Shown: positions 46,984 to 58,069 of the stretch, piece by piece
How positions within the stretch are numbered: the first letter of the stretch is position 1
How the letters are laid out: each line of letters begins with the position of its first letter
From: a virus
DNA length: 64,000 nucleotides
IMG/VR virus record: IMGVR_UViG_3300043570_002257
Span: 1 to 64,000 of that record
Strand: one strand, 5' to 3'
Notes under the pieces: generated by a model
The model's database searches: none
The model's input: only the letters and a program-made list of their open reading frames with translations
What the model was told of the DNA's origin: nothing
Position numbers and translations under genes: made by a program

Positions 46984-48096
46984 ATGTTTAATTCAAAAAT
47001 ACCTGATTCTATAGGAACTCCTATGGCCTCAGAAGGTGTCTCTGGACCACCTCCATCAAAACCATTAGTAAGCTTTGAACCTCAAAGTGTACCTGACAAA
47101 CAACCTGTTAATCATCCTCCACATTCCAAGATTTGGAAACGTTATGGAGATCTTATGATGGATGGTGTTAATTATCTTAACAACCGCGCAACAGGTAAAA
47201 CAAAATCTCTTAGAACACTATGGCCTTCTTTTAATAAGATTGGTTTAAATGGTATGGAGTGGCAATCACTTTATGTTATTGGAGCAAGACCAGGTATTGG
47301 TAAAACTCTGATTGCAGGTTCTATTACAAGAGACTTACAACAATTAAATCCTGATCAAACATTTTCTGTTTTGCATTTTCAATTTGAGATGCTTGGTAGA
47401 AATATGGCAATTAGAGAATTATCTTCTGCATCAAATCTTGATGTAAGATATTTACAGTCTGCACAAGATGAGGGAATGCCTCCTTTATCTGAAACTGATT
47501 ATAATAAACTTAGTGTATATGCTCAAAAGCAAGGACACAGAAGAGAGTATGTTGTTGATACTGCTACAACTGTAGCTCAAATGCAAGAGATTGTTGAGAA
47601 GTTTTATGCTGAAACAAGATTACCATTTGTGGTAACACTTGACCATACTTTATTAGTAAAGAAAGGTGCTTCAGAAACAAGTAAACAACAAACATTAGAG
47701 TTACTTGCAATTTCAATGACAAACTTGAAGAATAAGTATCCTGTTATTTTTATTGTATTGACACAACTTAATCGTGAGATTGACAATACAGAACGTCATT
47801 CACCTGGAAAACTATCACAGTATCCATCTGAGTCAGATGTTTTTGGTTCAGATTCATTATTGCAATGTTCTGATGTTATGATAGCAGTAAACAAGCCTTC
47901 AAAACAACAAGTATCCATTTATGGGCCACAGCGATGGGTAATAGAACCACATATGAAAGACTATCTTGCTTTTCATATTCTTAAAAATCGTTTTGGTGAC
48001 ACAAGTATTCAATGGTATCATGCACATTATAAAACCATGACCCTAGAAGAAGTAACTGCACCAAAACAAGCACCACTTCCTGCAAGAAAATCATAA
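46984..48096 (+). CDS. DnaB-like replicative helicase (C-terminal domain)
   Basis: GARPGIGKT, FQFEM, TLDH, LTQLNR, ILKNRFG. Confidence 0.9.
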   Translation: MFNSKIPDSIGTPMASEGVSGPPPSKPLVSFEPQSVPDKQPVNHPPHSKIWKRYGDLMMDGVNYLNNRATGKTKSLRTLWPSFNKIGLNGMEWQSLYVIGARPGIGKTLIAGSITRDLQQLNPDQTFSVLHFQFEMLGRNMAIRELSSASNLDVRYLQSAQDEGMPPLSETDYNKLSVYAQKQGHRREYVVDTATTVAQMQEIVEKFYAETRLPFVVTLDHTLLVKKGASETSKQQTLELLAISMTNLKNKYPVIFIVLTQLNREIDNTERHSPGKLSQYPSESDVFGSDSLLQCSDVMIAVNKPSKQQVSIYGPQRWVIEPHMKDYLAFHILKNRFGDTSIQWYHAHYKTMTLEEVTAPKQAPLPARKS

Positions 48097-48124
48097 TAAT
48101 TAAATTAGTAAAAACGTAAACGCA

Positions 48125-48769
48125 ATGAGCAACGCAAACGACAAACCTAAAAAGCATATCTCTGAGATCACTGCTGACTTCAAGCCTTTTTGGCAACCTC
48201 TCTTTACAGAGATGAAACTTGACTCACCAACTTTTGGTGCTAAACTTTGCTATATGGGTAAAGAATTTAGCACAGATGGTTCACGTGAAGCATGTGTAAG
48301 ATTCTTTCCTAGTGAATTAAACAGTGGTAATGATTATTACACTGAACTATTTGATTGGGATCAGTATTACTTTACACCAAATCACAGAACATTGTACAAA
48401 CTTCCTCAGAATCCTCATTGGAAAAGTGAACCAGAAAAGTATGTTGAAATTCCATCTGACAAATTACCAACATCAACCTTTGCAGTAAGATTATCTGATC
48501 TTGAAATTGTAAATAAATCTGATGTTAAATCCTTGGTTCCTGTTATGAATAATGGCAAACCAATTCAAGGTACAATAAATGCTTCATTGTTTGATAGTTT
48601 AACTACACAAGTTGATCCATTCAATGAAGAGTCTTTTGACGAGGCATTAGCAGAAAAAGAAGACAACCACTATACATCACTGACAATAAGAGATATTTAT
48701 TGTATGATACAAAATGTGCCAATGTCTAATAAAAAATGGTTAAATCAATTAATTTCTAAAAACAAGTAA
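48125..48769 (+). CDS. Conserved hypothetical replication-module protein
   Basis: 214 aa; C-terminal TIRDIYC..PMSNKKWLNQLI. Confidence 0.7.
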   Translation: MSNANDKPKKHISEITADFKPFWQPLFTEMKLDSPTFGAKLCYMGKEFSTDGSREACVRFFPSELNSGNDYYTELFDWDQYYFTPNHRTLYKLPQNPHWKSEPEKYVEIPSDKLPTSTFAVRLSDLEIVNKSDVKSLVPVMNNGKPIQGTINASLFDSLTTQVDPFNEESFDEALAEKEDNHYTSLTIRDIYCMIQNVPMSNKKWLNQLISKNK

Positions 48770-48772
48770 AAA

Positions 48773-49528
48773 ATGGCAGAAACAACTGAGTTTGCCCTTC
48801 CAACTAAAATTGTGAAGGCAACAACAAAAAGTCCCAAGAACATGATTATCTTCAGTAAGCCCAAGGTTGGTAAAACAACTTTGTTAGCACAACTAGATAA
48901 TTGTCTTATTATTGACTTGGAGAATGGTACTGACTATGTAGATGCAATGAAAGTTAAAGCAAACAGCGTTGCTGATATTGCTAAGATTGGAAAAGCAATT
49001 ACAGACGCAGGAAAACCTTACAAGTTTATTGCAATAGATACAATTACAGCACTAGAAGAAATGTGTATTCCATACGCAGAAGAACTTTATTCTAAAAGTG
49101 CAATGGGTAAGTCATGGTTTACAAAAGGTAAAGCAGAGTATGGCTCTATCTTGAACATGGCAAATGGTGCAGGTTATCCATGGTTACGTCAAGCATTTGA
49201 AAAAATTCTTGGTTACATCAAAACTCTTGCTCCACATGTTATTCTTGTAGGACACATTAAAGATACACTTCTTGAAAAGAATGGTGCAGAATTTAATTCT
49301 TTAGACCTTGACTTAACAGGTAAGTTGAAACGTATCACAACTTCAAACTCAGATGCTATTGGATATTTATATCGCAAAGGAAATCAGAATATTTTAAGCT
49401 TTAAAACAAATGATGAGATTGCTTGTGGTGCACGTCCAGAACATTTAAGAAACGCAGAGATTGTTGTTTCTGAAGTAAATGCTGATGGTTCTATCACAAC
49501 CTCATGGGATAAAGTATTCATTGACTAA
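48773..49528 (+). CDS. AAA_24/Sak4-like NTPase (recombinase-like)
   Basis: SKPKVGKTT, IIDLENG, IAIDTIT, LVGH, DAIGYL. Confidence 0.8.
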   Translation: MAETTEFALPTKIVKATTKSPKNMIIFSKPKVGKTTLLAQLDNCLIIDLENGTDYVDAMKVKANSVADIAKIGKAITDAGKPYKFIAIDTITALEEMCIPYAEELYSKSAMGKSWFTKGKAEYGSILNMANGAGYPWLRQAFEKILGYIKTLAPHVILVGHIKDTLLEKNGAEFNSLDLDLTGKLKRITTSNSDAIGYLYRKGNQNILSFKTNDEIACGARPEHLRNAEIVVSEVNADGSITTSWDKVFID

Positions 49529-49564
49529 TTAACACAAATAATAAACAATTAAAAATCAAATAAC

Positions 49565-50353
49565 ATGTTCAAATCTAGTAATTTCAACCCAAACGCAGGT
49601 GCAAATGCACCAAAAATCCTAACTCCAGGTACACACGTATGTCGCGTAGCAGACATTAAGCTTGACGCACCAGCTTACAAAAAAGATGCATACTTTGTAG
49701 TGGTAACACTTGAAGGTCCTGAACGTCCTGAATTTGTAGGATTACCTATTGACAAAACAAATCCTTCTTTAGGAAATTACAAAGGTCAAATTGGTAATGT
49801 ACGTAATGGACGTTATCCTTTTAGTGACTACACTTACAATGGTACAGAAATCAAACGTGATGATCAAATCTATCGTTGGATTAACAACTTAGCAAAACAA
49901 CTTAATTTGTTCAACGCAATGAATGCTGGTAACGGTATTTCTGGTGGAACAATTGAAGAGTATGTTGATGCTGTACGTAACTTTATTGTAAAGAACTCTC
50001 CATTTGCAAGTTTTACTTTTGGTGGTCAAGAATACTTTACTGAAGGTTATGACAAAGCTAATTACCGTTTATTCTTCCCTAAACAAGAAGGTGCTAATTT
50101 CCCTTACTCTGTATTGGAAGATGCTGAAGGTAACATGGTAAACTTTATTCAATTTGATGCTGCAAAACACATCATTGTAAAAACTGAAGAAGCTGCAGCT
50201 ACTGTAACAGAATTTGGTGGACAAACACAAACAAATGACATGTTTGCTGTAACAGGAACAATAACAACAGATCATTTTGCTAGTGGTATTACTACAAATT
50301 CATCAACATTAACAGCTGGAACAATTTCAATTCCTGAAGGATTAAACTTGTAA
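49565..50353 (+). CDS. Putative single-stranded DNA-binding protein
   Basis: ILTPGTHVCRVADI N-terminus; follows the Sak4-like gene; biased codons; terminator at 50382-50412. Confidence 0.45.
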   Translation: MFKSSNFNPNAGANAPKILTPGTHVCRVADIKLDAPAYKKDAYFVVVTLEGPERPEFVGLPIDKTNPSLGNYKGQIGNVRNGRYPFSDYTYNGTEIKRDDQIYRWINNLAKQLNLFNAMNAGNGISGGTIEEYVDAVRNFIVKNSPFASFTFGGQEYFTEGYDKANYRLFFPKQEGANFPYSVLEDAEGNMVNFIQFDAAKHIIVKTEEAAATVTEFGGQTQTNDMFAVTGTITTDHFASGITTNSSTLTAGTISIPEGLNL

Positions 50354-50427
50354 TTTCTTATTTGTTTTGTTCATATAATTAAGGGGAGGACTTTGGTTCT
50401 CCCTTTTTTTTTATACTTTTGTAAACT

Positions 50428-51435
50428 ATGTTTTCATCCAAACACTACATAACAGATATCAATACAATACCATCTGCTTGGATATTTGAAAACTATCTTG
50501 GTTTGCCACAAAAATTAACAGGTCAAAGTGTTAGAATTAATAGTCTTTTCAATTTAAATGATAAGACACCTTCAATGTACATATATTACAATGCTGAGCA
50601 TCAAGTGTATAAGTATAAGTGCTTTTCTACTGGAAAAGGAGGAGGTGCAATTGATTTAATGATGCATATGTGGAGTTTTAGCTTTACTGATGCTTCTCAC
50701 AGAGTGATTAAAGATTATGTTGACTACCTAAGAACTGGTAAAATCTGTGAAACAAACATTACTCAACATTCTAAATGGAAAGTTGATAGCTGGAAAACCA
50801 GGGGATGGAGTCAAAATGATGCTAAGTTTTGGTCTGCATATAACATATCAAGTAAACTTTTAAGTAATTACAATGTAATTCCATTAGAGAGATATACTAT
50901 GCAGAAAGTATTGAATGACAATGAGATAGAAGATGAATTCACAGTAGTTAGTAAGCATATATATGGTTATTTTACAAGTGATGGTATCCTCTATAAAATC
51001 TATCAGCCAATGAATAGAGATCGCAAGTTTATTAAAATTTGTGACTACATTCAAGGTTATGATCAGTTAGAGAAGAAACCAATTATTGTAATTGCTTCTT
51101 CACTAAAAGATTGTATGGCAATTAAAAGCATGGGCTTAAACATTGACGTTATAGCACCTGATAGTGAGAATAGTATGCTGCACCCAGATGTCATCTTTGA
51201 ATTAAAAGAAGAATATGAGGCAGTTGTGACAATTTTTGATAGCGATGACGCTGGAATTAAAGGTATGAAAGCTTATGAAGAAAAATATAAGCTGCCCTTT
51301 TGTTATTTACCATTAGAAAAAGACATTGCTGATATTGTCAAACAACATGGTATAAAGAAGGCATTGTATGAGTTTGTTCCAAAACTTAATAATGCTTGTG
51401 ACAAATATGCAAAATTGCATTCAAGTGATGATTAA
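50428..51435 (+). CDS. DNA primase (DnaG/TOPRIM)
   Basis: DKTPSM..YKCFSTGKGG, SSLKD, FDSDDAG, EKDIAD. Confidence 0.85.
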   Translation: MFSSKHYITDINTIPSAWIFENYLGLPQKLTGQSVRINSLFNLNDKTPSMYIYYNAEHQVYKYKCFSTGKGGGAIDLMMHMWSFSFTDASHRVIKDYVDYLRTGKICETNITQHSKWKVDSWKTRGWSQNDAKFWSAYNISSKLLSNYNVIPLERYTMQKVLNDNEIEDEFTVVSKHIYGYFTSDGILYKIYQPMNRDRKFIKICDYIQGYDQLEKKPIIVIASSLKDCMAIKSMGLNIDVIAPDSENSMLHPDVIFELKEEYEAVVTIFDSDDAGIKGMKAYEEKYKLPFCYLPLEKDIADIVKQHGIKKALYEFVPKLNNACDKYAKLHSSDD

Positions 51436-51470
51436 TTTCATTATTTTTGTAGAACTTAACAAATTATTTT

Positions 51471-51926
51471 ATGACAAACTGGTATTACCCTTCTATTAAG
51501 AAGAAGATATTAGAAGTTGAAGACATCCCCAATCATGAGGAAGTCATTGGCTTTATATACAGAATAACCAACTTAAAAACTGGTAAGTTTTACATTGGCC
51601 AAAAAAGTCTTTACCACAAGCGTAAGACTAGAATCTCCAAAAGAGAAAAAACACAGACAGGTACTAGAAAAATATTTAAGCAAACAATTAAAGAATCTGA
51701 TTGGATGAGCTATTATGGTTCATCTGTAGATTTAAAAAATGATGTTGTAAAAATGGGTCCTGAAAATTTCAAAAGAGAAATCTTGGAAGTATGTTGTACC
51801 AAAAAGTATTTAAATTATTGTGAACTTTCACATCAAGTAAAAAATGATGTTCTAAAAGGAAACACATACAATGGTAATATTTTAGGTAGATACTTTGCAA
51901 GAGATATGGAAAATTGTAAATGTTAA
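51471..51926 (+). CDS. GIY-YIG endonuclease (Seg-like, free-standing)
   Basis: GFIYRITNLKTGKFYIGQK..YYGSS..FKREIL..YN. Confidence 0.85.
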   Translation: MTNWYYPSIKKKILEVEDIPNHEEVIGFIYRITNLKTGKFYIGQKSLYHKRKTRISKREKTQTGTRKIFKQTIKESDWMSYYGSSVDLKNDVVKMGPENFKREILEVCCTKKYLNYCELSHQVKNDVLKGNTYNGNILGRYFARDMENCKC

Positions 51927-51932
51927 AAAAAA

Positions 51933-52979
51933 ATGGCAGTAGCTAAATTTACCACAGATGTTGCATTTGCTGAACGCATGCAAAAAGAAGAAACGTTTTT
52001 CTCAAAGCCTTTCTTATTATCCTATTCAGGACTTAACAAATTATTGTTTAGCCCTGCTTTATTTTACAGTCACTATGTTTTAGGTCAAAGAGATGACACT
52101 GAAAATCCAGGCATGGTGGAAGGTAAACTTATTCATTGTCTATTACTTAAACCTGAATCATTTGATACAGAGTTTATTCTAAGTGCAGTAAATACACCAA
52201 GTGATAATCCTAAAAAGTTATTGCAAACGTTATTTGCACATCATAAAGAACTAAAGCGTTCTGGTGATACAAGAGAAGAATTGCATGAATACAATGATGC
52301 TATTATTGATATTCTTACAGATATGAATCTGTATCAATCTTTGAAGACTGATGCTCAACGTCTTGACAAAATTATTACAGAAGATCATGTTGCCTATTGG
52401 GATTACATGAAAAAAGCTGAAGGACGCACCGTGATTGATCATGAGATGCATTCTTTTGCAACTTCTGTAGTTGAAAAGATTCAAAGCAAACCTAACATTA
52501 TGGATGTTATGGGATTCTTTGGTGACAGCTTTAATGGTGTTACAAAACAAAATGAGATTGAACTTGCAATGTTTGATGAAAACTTCTTGTTTGGTCTTAG
52601 AGGATTTATTGACAATCTTGTATTTGATTCTAATGCAAAAGAAATCAGAATTAATGACTTGAAGAAAACTTCAAAAGACATTGGTTCTTTTACAGACAGC
52701 ATTGAATACTTTCGTTACTGGATGCAAGCAGCAATATACTATAAGATGGTTGAACATGTGTACTTAAGTAAACCTGAGTATGCAGACTATAAAATATCTT
52801 TTAGATTTATTGTTGTAGATCCTTATATGCAAATTGCACCAATCAAAGTTTCTTATGTAACCATGAAAGAGTGGTTAGTTAAAACAGATGAGATGATTCT
52901 AAGAGCTAATTTTCACTTTGAAAATAAATCTTTTGAACTTCCATATGAATTTTTAGTAAACGGTGAAATAGTACTATGA
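51933..52979 (+). CDS. PD-(D/E)XK exonuclease (RecE/ExoVIII-like)
   Basis: LSYSGL, GKLIHCLLL, RGFIDNL..INDLKKT, YWMQAAIY. Confidence 0.8.
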   Translation: MAVAKFTTDVAFAERMQKEETFFSKPFLLSYSGLNKLLFSPALFYSHYVLGQRDDTENPGMVEGKLIHCLLLKPESFDTEFILSAVNTPSDNPKKLLQTLFAHHKELKRSGDTREELHEYNDAIIDILTDMNLYQSLKTDAQRLDKIITEDHVAYWDYMKKAEGRTVIDHEMHSFATSVVEKIQSKPNIMDVMGFFGDSFNGVTKQNEIELAMFDENFLFGLRGFIDNLVFDSNAKEIRINDLKKTSKDIGSFTDSIEYFRYWMQAAIYYKMVEHVYLSKPEYADYKISFRFIVVDPYMQIAPIKVSYVTMKEWLVKTDEMILRANFHFENKSFELPYEFLVNGEIVL

Positions 52980-53536
52980 TCTCACAGATATACAACAAGT
53001 ATTTCCAAAAGTCTATGACCTTCTTATATCCACTTTTAGGATTCAAGAAAGATAAGCATCAGCGTCCTCTCCAGACATATTTGTCCTGGAGTGGGACCAC
53101 TTATAATTCTTTTTCAAGAAAACTAATTTGTGTATATGAAATAAAAAACACAGAAGATTGGAAAGTATTTGAAAGAGAATATTTAATTACACACAAAATG
53201 TTAGACATGTGTGTGCCTCTTGACAATAACAAGATTGTATATATCTTTGATTTTAATTCCATGGCAAGTGATTATGATGCTTTTCTTGCAGGAAAGTATT
53301 CTGAACTTTCTCCTTTTGTAAAGAAAACACTTACTGATTACTATGGAGTACATACCCCTGAGTGGGTTTACATTGAGTCTTTTTTATTTCCTACAAAATA
53401 CTTTAAACAATATTCTCAGATACTTGATGTTGAAGAGGATTTTCTTAAAAGTGTTGGTGAACTATGTGATCACCATGATAAGGAAAAAGAATGCTTTATG
53501 GAAGAATGCCCTGATGGGTTAGAATGGATTAATTAA
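52976..53536 (+). CDS. Conserved hypothetical protein
   Basis: KSMTFLYPLLG..DYDAFLAGKYSEL. Confidence 0.7.
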   Translation: MISQIYNKYFQKSMTFLYPLLGFKKDKHQRPLQTYLSWSGTTYNSFSRKLICVYEIKNTEDWKVFEREYLITHKMLDMCVPLDNNKIVYIFDFNSMASDYDAFLAGKYSELSPFVKKTLTDYYGVHTPEWVYIESFLFPTKYFKQYSQILDVEEDFLKSVGELCDHHDKEKECFMEECPDGLEWIN

Positions 53537-53560
53537 CAATTTAAAAATAACAAAAACTAA

Positions 53561-53953
53561 ATGCAAAAAGAAACCAAATGTATGTTTGTGTATAGCACAG
53601 ACTGGTATGGACGCAAGAGCTTCCGTATGATGCCAATGTCACATGAATGCCCATTCAATGAGGTAATTTATGATCCCAACACTAGAGTACTTGCTGTAAT
53701 CAGTAAAGACAAGAAAGACAAACCTCAAATGCTACCTAAGTTATCTGAGAAAGGTCAAGTAATGCAACTAAAAGGCGTTGAAGGTCAACAAATTATTGAG
53801 GAGCGTAGAATCATGGAAACATACTATGAATACTACATTGATAACAAATCTGACATTGAAAGATTTATTCAGATGTTTGCAATGAACAGTGATCATGAAT
53901 CTTTAAACATTATCAATGAACCTATTGATTTAACTAAAGGAACCAACATGTAA
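53561..53953 (+). CDS. Conserved hypothetical protein upstream of PolB
   Basis: 130 aa, stop overlaps the PolB ATG. Confidence 0.7.
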   Translation: MQKETKCMFVYSTDWYGRKSFRMMPMSHECPFNEVIYDPNTRVLAVISKDKKDKPQMLPKLSEKGQVMQLKGVEGQQIIEERRIMETYYEYYIDNKSDIERFIQMFAMNSDHESLNIINEPIDLTKGTNM

Positions 53954-55920
53954 TGATTAGACAGCGTAAATTTTGGATAATGGACTATGAAACCATTGTC
54001 AATTGTTTTATTGCTGTTTTTCGCTCTTATGATTCTGATGAACAACATATTTTTGTTATTGGTAAACACCGTAATGATATTCACTTGTACATCCAGTTTT
54101 TGTTAGAGAATCAACAGAATAAAGATTGGCATTTTGGTTACAACAATTTAGCGTTTGACGCGCAGATTACAGAGCACATACTTGAAAACTTAGAATTCTA
54201 TTCTGCCAGAGATGGTGAAGAGATTGCTGGTAGAATATATGCTTATGTAAAGACTATTATTGACAAATCAAACAAAGGTGAATTTCTTGATTATCCAGAA
54301 TTTAGACTGACTATTCCTTGTCTTGACATTTTTAAGTTGAATCATTGGGACAGTAATGCAAAACGTACTTCTCTTAAATGGGTTCAGTTCTCTATGGACT
54401 GGCACAATGTAGAAGAAATGCCTCATCCTCACGGGGAGAGAGTTGAAGACTTATCTACTTTAGATATGGTAATCAACTATTGTATTAATGACGTGTTATC
54501 TACCAAACAGATTTTTACACTTAGAAATCCTAAAGGTGAACAGATAATGGCCAGTCAGATAAACTTAAGAGCTGAGTTAAGTTCTGAATATGAATTATCC
54601 TTACACAGTGCTAGTGAGCCAAGAATTAGCAAAGAGATGTTTTTGCACTTCTTAAGCGAAAAGCTAAGTAAGAATAAAAAGGAAATCAGAACTATGAAAA
54701 CTGAAAGAGAAAATGTTATTGTTAGAGATATCATTTTACCTTCTGTAAAGTTTCATACACCTGAGTTTAATGCAGTACATAACTGGTTTAAAAGTCTTGT
54801 TGTAGATACAGCAATTGAATCTGAAAAAGAAGAAGGTCCTAAGTATAGGATGAACTTTAAGAACACACCAACTGATTATGGTTTAGGTGGTTTGCATGGC
54901 TGTACTAATTCTGGTATTTATGTAGCAGGTAATGGAAAGAAAATATTAAGTGCAGATGTTACTTCATTTTATCCTAACCTGGCAATTAAAAATGGATGGT
55001 CTCCAGCTCACATACCTAAAGATGACTTCTGTGAACTTTATGAATGGTTCTTTGAAGAACGTAAGAAGTATCCTAAATCTTCTCCACTAAACTACCTGTT
55101 TAAGATTATTCTAAATTCCACTTATGGTTTAAGTAAGAATAAATATTCTTTTCTTTATGATCCAGAGTTTACATTTAGAATTACTATCAATGGTCAGTTA
55201 CTGTTAAGTATGCTTTATGAAATGATTGCTACCAGAATTCCTGGAGCAATTCCTTTAATGCAGAATACAGATGGTTTAGAATTTCTTGTAGATGATGAGC
55301 ATGAAGCTAAATTCTATGAGATTTGTAAAGAATGGGAAGTACTTACGCATCTTCAACTTGAAACTGTAGAGTATCAGAAAATGATTATTGGTGATGTAAA
55401 CAATTACATTGCAGTTTATAAAGATGGTAAGACAAAATGCAAAGGACGTTTTGAATTTGAAGAATTACCTCTTCATAAAAACAAATCTTTGTTGATTATA
55501 TCTAAAGCTTGGTTTGCATATTTTGTAAATGGAAAAGATCCTGCAGAGTTCTTGAAAGAGAATCGTAACATCTTTGACTATTGTGCTGGTGCAAAACTAA
55601 AAGGTAATTGGTACTTTGAAGAAAGAGGTATTAAAAACAATGAGTATGTAGTTACAAAACTGCAGAAACTTGTACGTTATTATATCTCTGAGAAAGGTAT
55701 TAAGATAATCAAATGTAACCCAGATGGCAGGGAAATTCAACTGGAAAGTGGTAAAACACTCCAGACACTCTTCAATAAATTTGAAGATAAAGAATGGGAA
55801 GACTACAATGTAGATGAAAAGTTCTACTTAGATAAGATCTATGAAGAAATTAAAAAAATAGAAAGCACATCACTTGTACTTCCTTCTTATAACCAAGTTA
55901 ATCAACTATCACTCTTTTAA
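53953..55920 (+). CDS. Family B DNA polymerase with 3'-5' exonuclease (crAss-like)
   Basis: Exo DYET, GYNNLAFD, YCINDV; Pol SADVTSFYPN, KIILNSTYG, NTDG, DVNNY. Confidence 0.92.
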   Translation: MIRQRKFWIMDYETIVNCFIAVFRSYDSDEQHIFVIGKHRNDIHLYIQFLLENQQNKDWHFGYNNLAFDAQITEHILENLEFYSARDGEEIAGRIYAYVKTIIDKSNKGEFLDYPEFRLTIPCLDIFKLNHWDSNAKRTSLKWVQFSMDWHNVEEMPHPHGERVEDLSTLDMVINYCINDVLSTKQIFTLRNPKGEQIMASQINLRAELSSEYELSLHSASEPRISKEMFLHFLSEKLSKNKKEIRTMKTERENVIVRDIILPSVKFHTPEFNAVHNWFKSLVVDTAIESEKEEGPKYRMNFKNTPTDYGLGGLHGCTNSGIYVAGNGKKILSADVTSFYPNLAIKNGWSPAHIPKDDFCELYEWFFEERKKYPKSSPLNYLFKIILNSTYGLSKNKYSFLYDPEFTFRITINGQLLLSMLYEMIATRIPGAIPLMQNTDGLEFLVDDEHEAKFYEICKEWEVLTHLQLETVEYQKMIIGDVNNYIAVYKDGKTKCKGRFEFEELPLHKNKSLLIISKAWFAYFVNGKDPAEFLKENRNIFDYCAGAKLKGNWYFEERGIKNNEYVVTKLQKLVRYYISEKGIKIIKCNPDGREIQLESGKTLQTLFNKFEDKEWEDYNVDEKFYLDKIYEEIKKIESTSLVLPSYNQVNQLSLF

Positions 55921-55921
55921 A

Positions 55922-56737
55922 ATGAAAAGAACAATAAATGGAATGAATGCTTATTCCAAAATCATTGGAGCAGCTTTGCCTGCTAAAACTGACACTTACA
56001 CACCCATTGCTCACAGTAATGTGATCCATAGGGTGCGTTCTGAAATCACAAATGCTGGTTTCATTATTACAGGTGAAGAGTATCGTTGTTCTAACGATGC
56101 TCAGGTAGCCATAGGAACCTTCAGAATGAATTATAAAGCTGATCCAGACATTGAGTTGTCTGCCAACTTTTTAAACTCTTACAACAAGCAATACGCCTTT
56201 CGTTTTAACCTTGGTGGTTTAGTGAAAGTATGTAACAATGGTATGATACTAAACAACAATAAGTTTGGTGCGTACAAACGCGTGCATAAAGGTGCAGCTG
56301 ACCTGTTAGCTGAAGGTAAAATTGCAGACTTTATCAAAGATTCTGAAGTATACTGGGAAAACCTAGTAGAACATAAGGATAAAATGAAGGATGTACTATT
56401 GACAAGCACAACTCAACATGATTTATTAGGTGAATTGTTTTTTAAACGAGATATTTTAAATACCTTGCAGCTTAATCAAATACGTTCTGAGATGAAAAAA
56501 CCAAGTTTTGATTATAAGGTTGACAATGATTCTGCTTGGGCACTGTATAATCACATTACATTGTCTCTAAAAGATTCACATCCAGCAACATGGATGGACG
56601 ATCAAACTATAGTACATGAGGTTTTTGCCAACATGTTAGGATTAGAAACTGAAGATGCATTGACTGCAGTTTGGAGTACTTTGCAAACAGTACAAGACGC
56701 ACTGGTTGAAGAATTAGTAGAAATACCTATTTTTTAA
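55922..56737 (+). CDS. DUF932-like protein
   Basis: TYTPIAH, NSYNKQ..F..G..VCNNGM..H, SAWALYNHIT; likely start ATG at 55922. Confidence 0.7.
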   Translation: MKRTINGMNAYSKIIGAALPAKTDTYTPIAHSNVIHRVRSEITNAGFIITGEEYRCSNDAQVAIGTFRMNYKADPDIELSANFLNSYNKQYAFRFNLGGLVKVCNNGMILNNNKFGAYKRVHKGAADLLAEGKIADFIKDSEVYWENLVEHKDKMKDVLLTSTTQHDLLGELFFKRDILNTLQLNQIRSEMKKPSFDYKVDNDSAWALYNHITLSLKDSHPATWMDDQTIVHEVFANMLGLETEDALTAVWSTLQTVQDALVEELVEIPIF

Positions 56738-56969
56738 AAGTTACAGCAATAGCAGGGGCCTAAAAACCCCTGTTTTATTGTTCACAATAAACTATAAACC
56801 ATAAACACATGATTGACATTATTAAAGAAGCCTATTTAAAAGTCAAAGACAAAGAAACTGGCGTAAACAAAGTATTACTTCTGAGAAGATATTTAAAAAT
56901 TAAATATCACCTTCAGATTTCAAGAACAAGCTTAATTAGTAGACTTAAAACCTGGAAAAAAGAAAGAAT

Positions 56970-57647
56970 ATGACAAGATTAATTGGCATCTCTGGCAAAA
57001 TAGGATCTGGTAAAGACACTTTTGCAGAAATTATTAGGTTGCTTGTTACAGCACCCTTTATGACAAATGAAACCATTGAACATTATTTGAAAAACCCTAA
57101 TCCTTACATCACAAAAACAGAATGGGCTGTCAAAAAGTTTGCTGGTAAACTTAAAGAAGTAGCTTCTTTGCTTACAGGTATCCCTGTATACAAATTTGAA
57201 GACCAAGACTTCAAGAAAACTAATTTACCAGAAGAATGGAACAACTGGTATCCTAACCAGGATCGCTCTGAACCTATGACAGTAAGAGAACTATTGCAAA
57301 AGCTTGGTACTGAGGCCATGAGAAATGGTCTTCATACAAATGCTTGGGTAAACGCCACATTTGCAAACTTTAAATCTTCATCAAGATGGTTAGTTACAGA
57401 TGTACGTTTTCCAAATGAGGCTACTGCCATCATAGAAAAAGGTGGTATTTTAATACGCCTTGAAAGAAATTCTGACACAGGAGATCATCCTTCTGAAACA
57501 GCACTTGACAATTATGACTTTAACATTGTCATTAAAAACACAGGAACATTATCTGAACTTATTGATAGTGCCAGGTTACTCTGTGGTGAATTAAATTTAT
57601 TAAATAACAATGAGGATTATCCTCCTCACTTTGAAGGTTTTTTTTAA
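56970..57647 (+). CDS. Deoxynucleoside monophosphate kinase
   Basis: ISGKIGSGKDT, FAGKLK, RELLQKLGTE, TDVRFPNE, HPSE. Confidence 0.9.
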   Translation: MTRLIGISGKIGSGKDTFAEIIRLLVTAPFMTNETIEHYLKNPNPYITKTEWAVKKFAGKLKEVASLLTGIPVYKFEDQDFKKTNLPEEWNNWYPNQDRSEPMTVRELLQKLGTEAMRNGLHTNAWVNATFANFKSSSRWLVTDVRFPNEATAIIEKGGILIRLERNSDTGDHPSETALDNYDFNIVIKNTGTLSELIDSARLLCGELNLLNNNEDYPPHFEGFF

Positions 57648-57659
57648 AAATATAAAATT

Positions 57660-57989
57660 ATGATAAATGAAGATAAATTGTTCCTTGTTTTAGATGAAAC
57701 AGGACACAATGTAGAATACACAATTGAAATGCCTTCTGAGGAAGATGCTTACTTTATGAGAAGGTCTAGATCAGAATGTTGGTCTGAATCTGCAAGAGGC
57801 GAACTTATCCTTACAGTTTTAGACTCTGGAGAAGGTTATAGAATCAAGTGGGAAACAAAGCCAAATAAGACCCTAGATTACGCTCAAACTGTTGAGTTGA
57901 CCATTATGCTCAATTTCTTAAATAACATGTCCAGAATGCCTAATAGGTACTCTGTTGTGAATGCTGAGTTGATTGTTGATATTGTATAA
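57660..57989 (+). CDS. Hypothetical protein
   Basis: 109-aa ORF followed by a hairpin at 57992-58018. Confidence 0.65.
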   Translation: MINEDKLFLVLDETGHNVEYTIEMPSEEDAYFMRRSRSECWSESARGELILTVLDSGEGYRIKWETKPNKTLDYAQTVELTIMLNFLNNMSRMPNRYSVVNAELIVDIV

Positions 57990-58069
57990 ATGAAAATCCC
58001 CCTGAAAAGGGGGACTTTCTAACAGAAGAAGAAACCAACTAAACTATGAAGTATAGCTTTTTTTATATT

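Noticed and set aside
51471-51926. GIY-YIG gene as part of a group I intron
   Set aside because: The flanking primase and exonuclease genes look complete, and the gene has its own promoter box, so it is free-standing.
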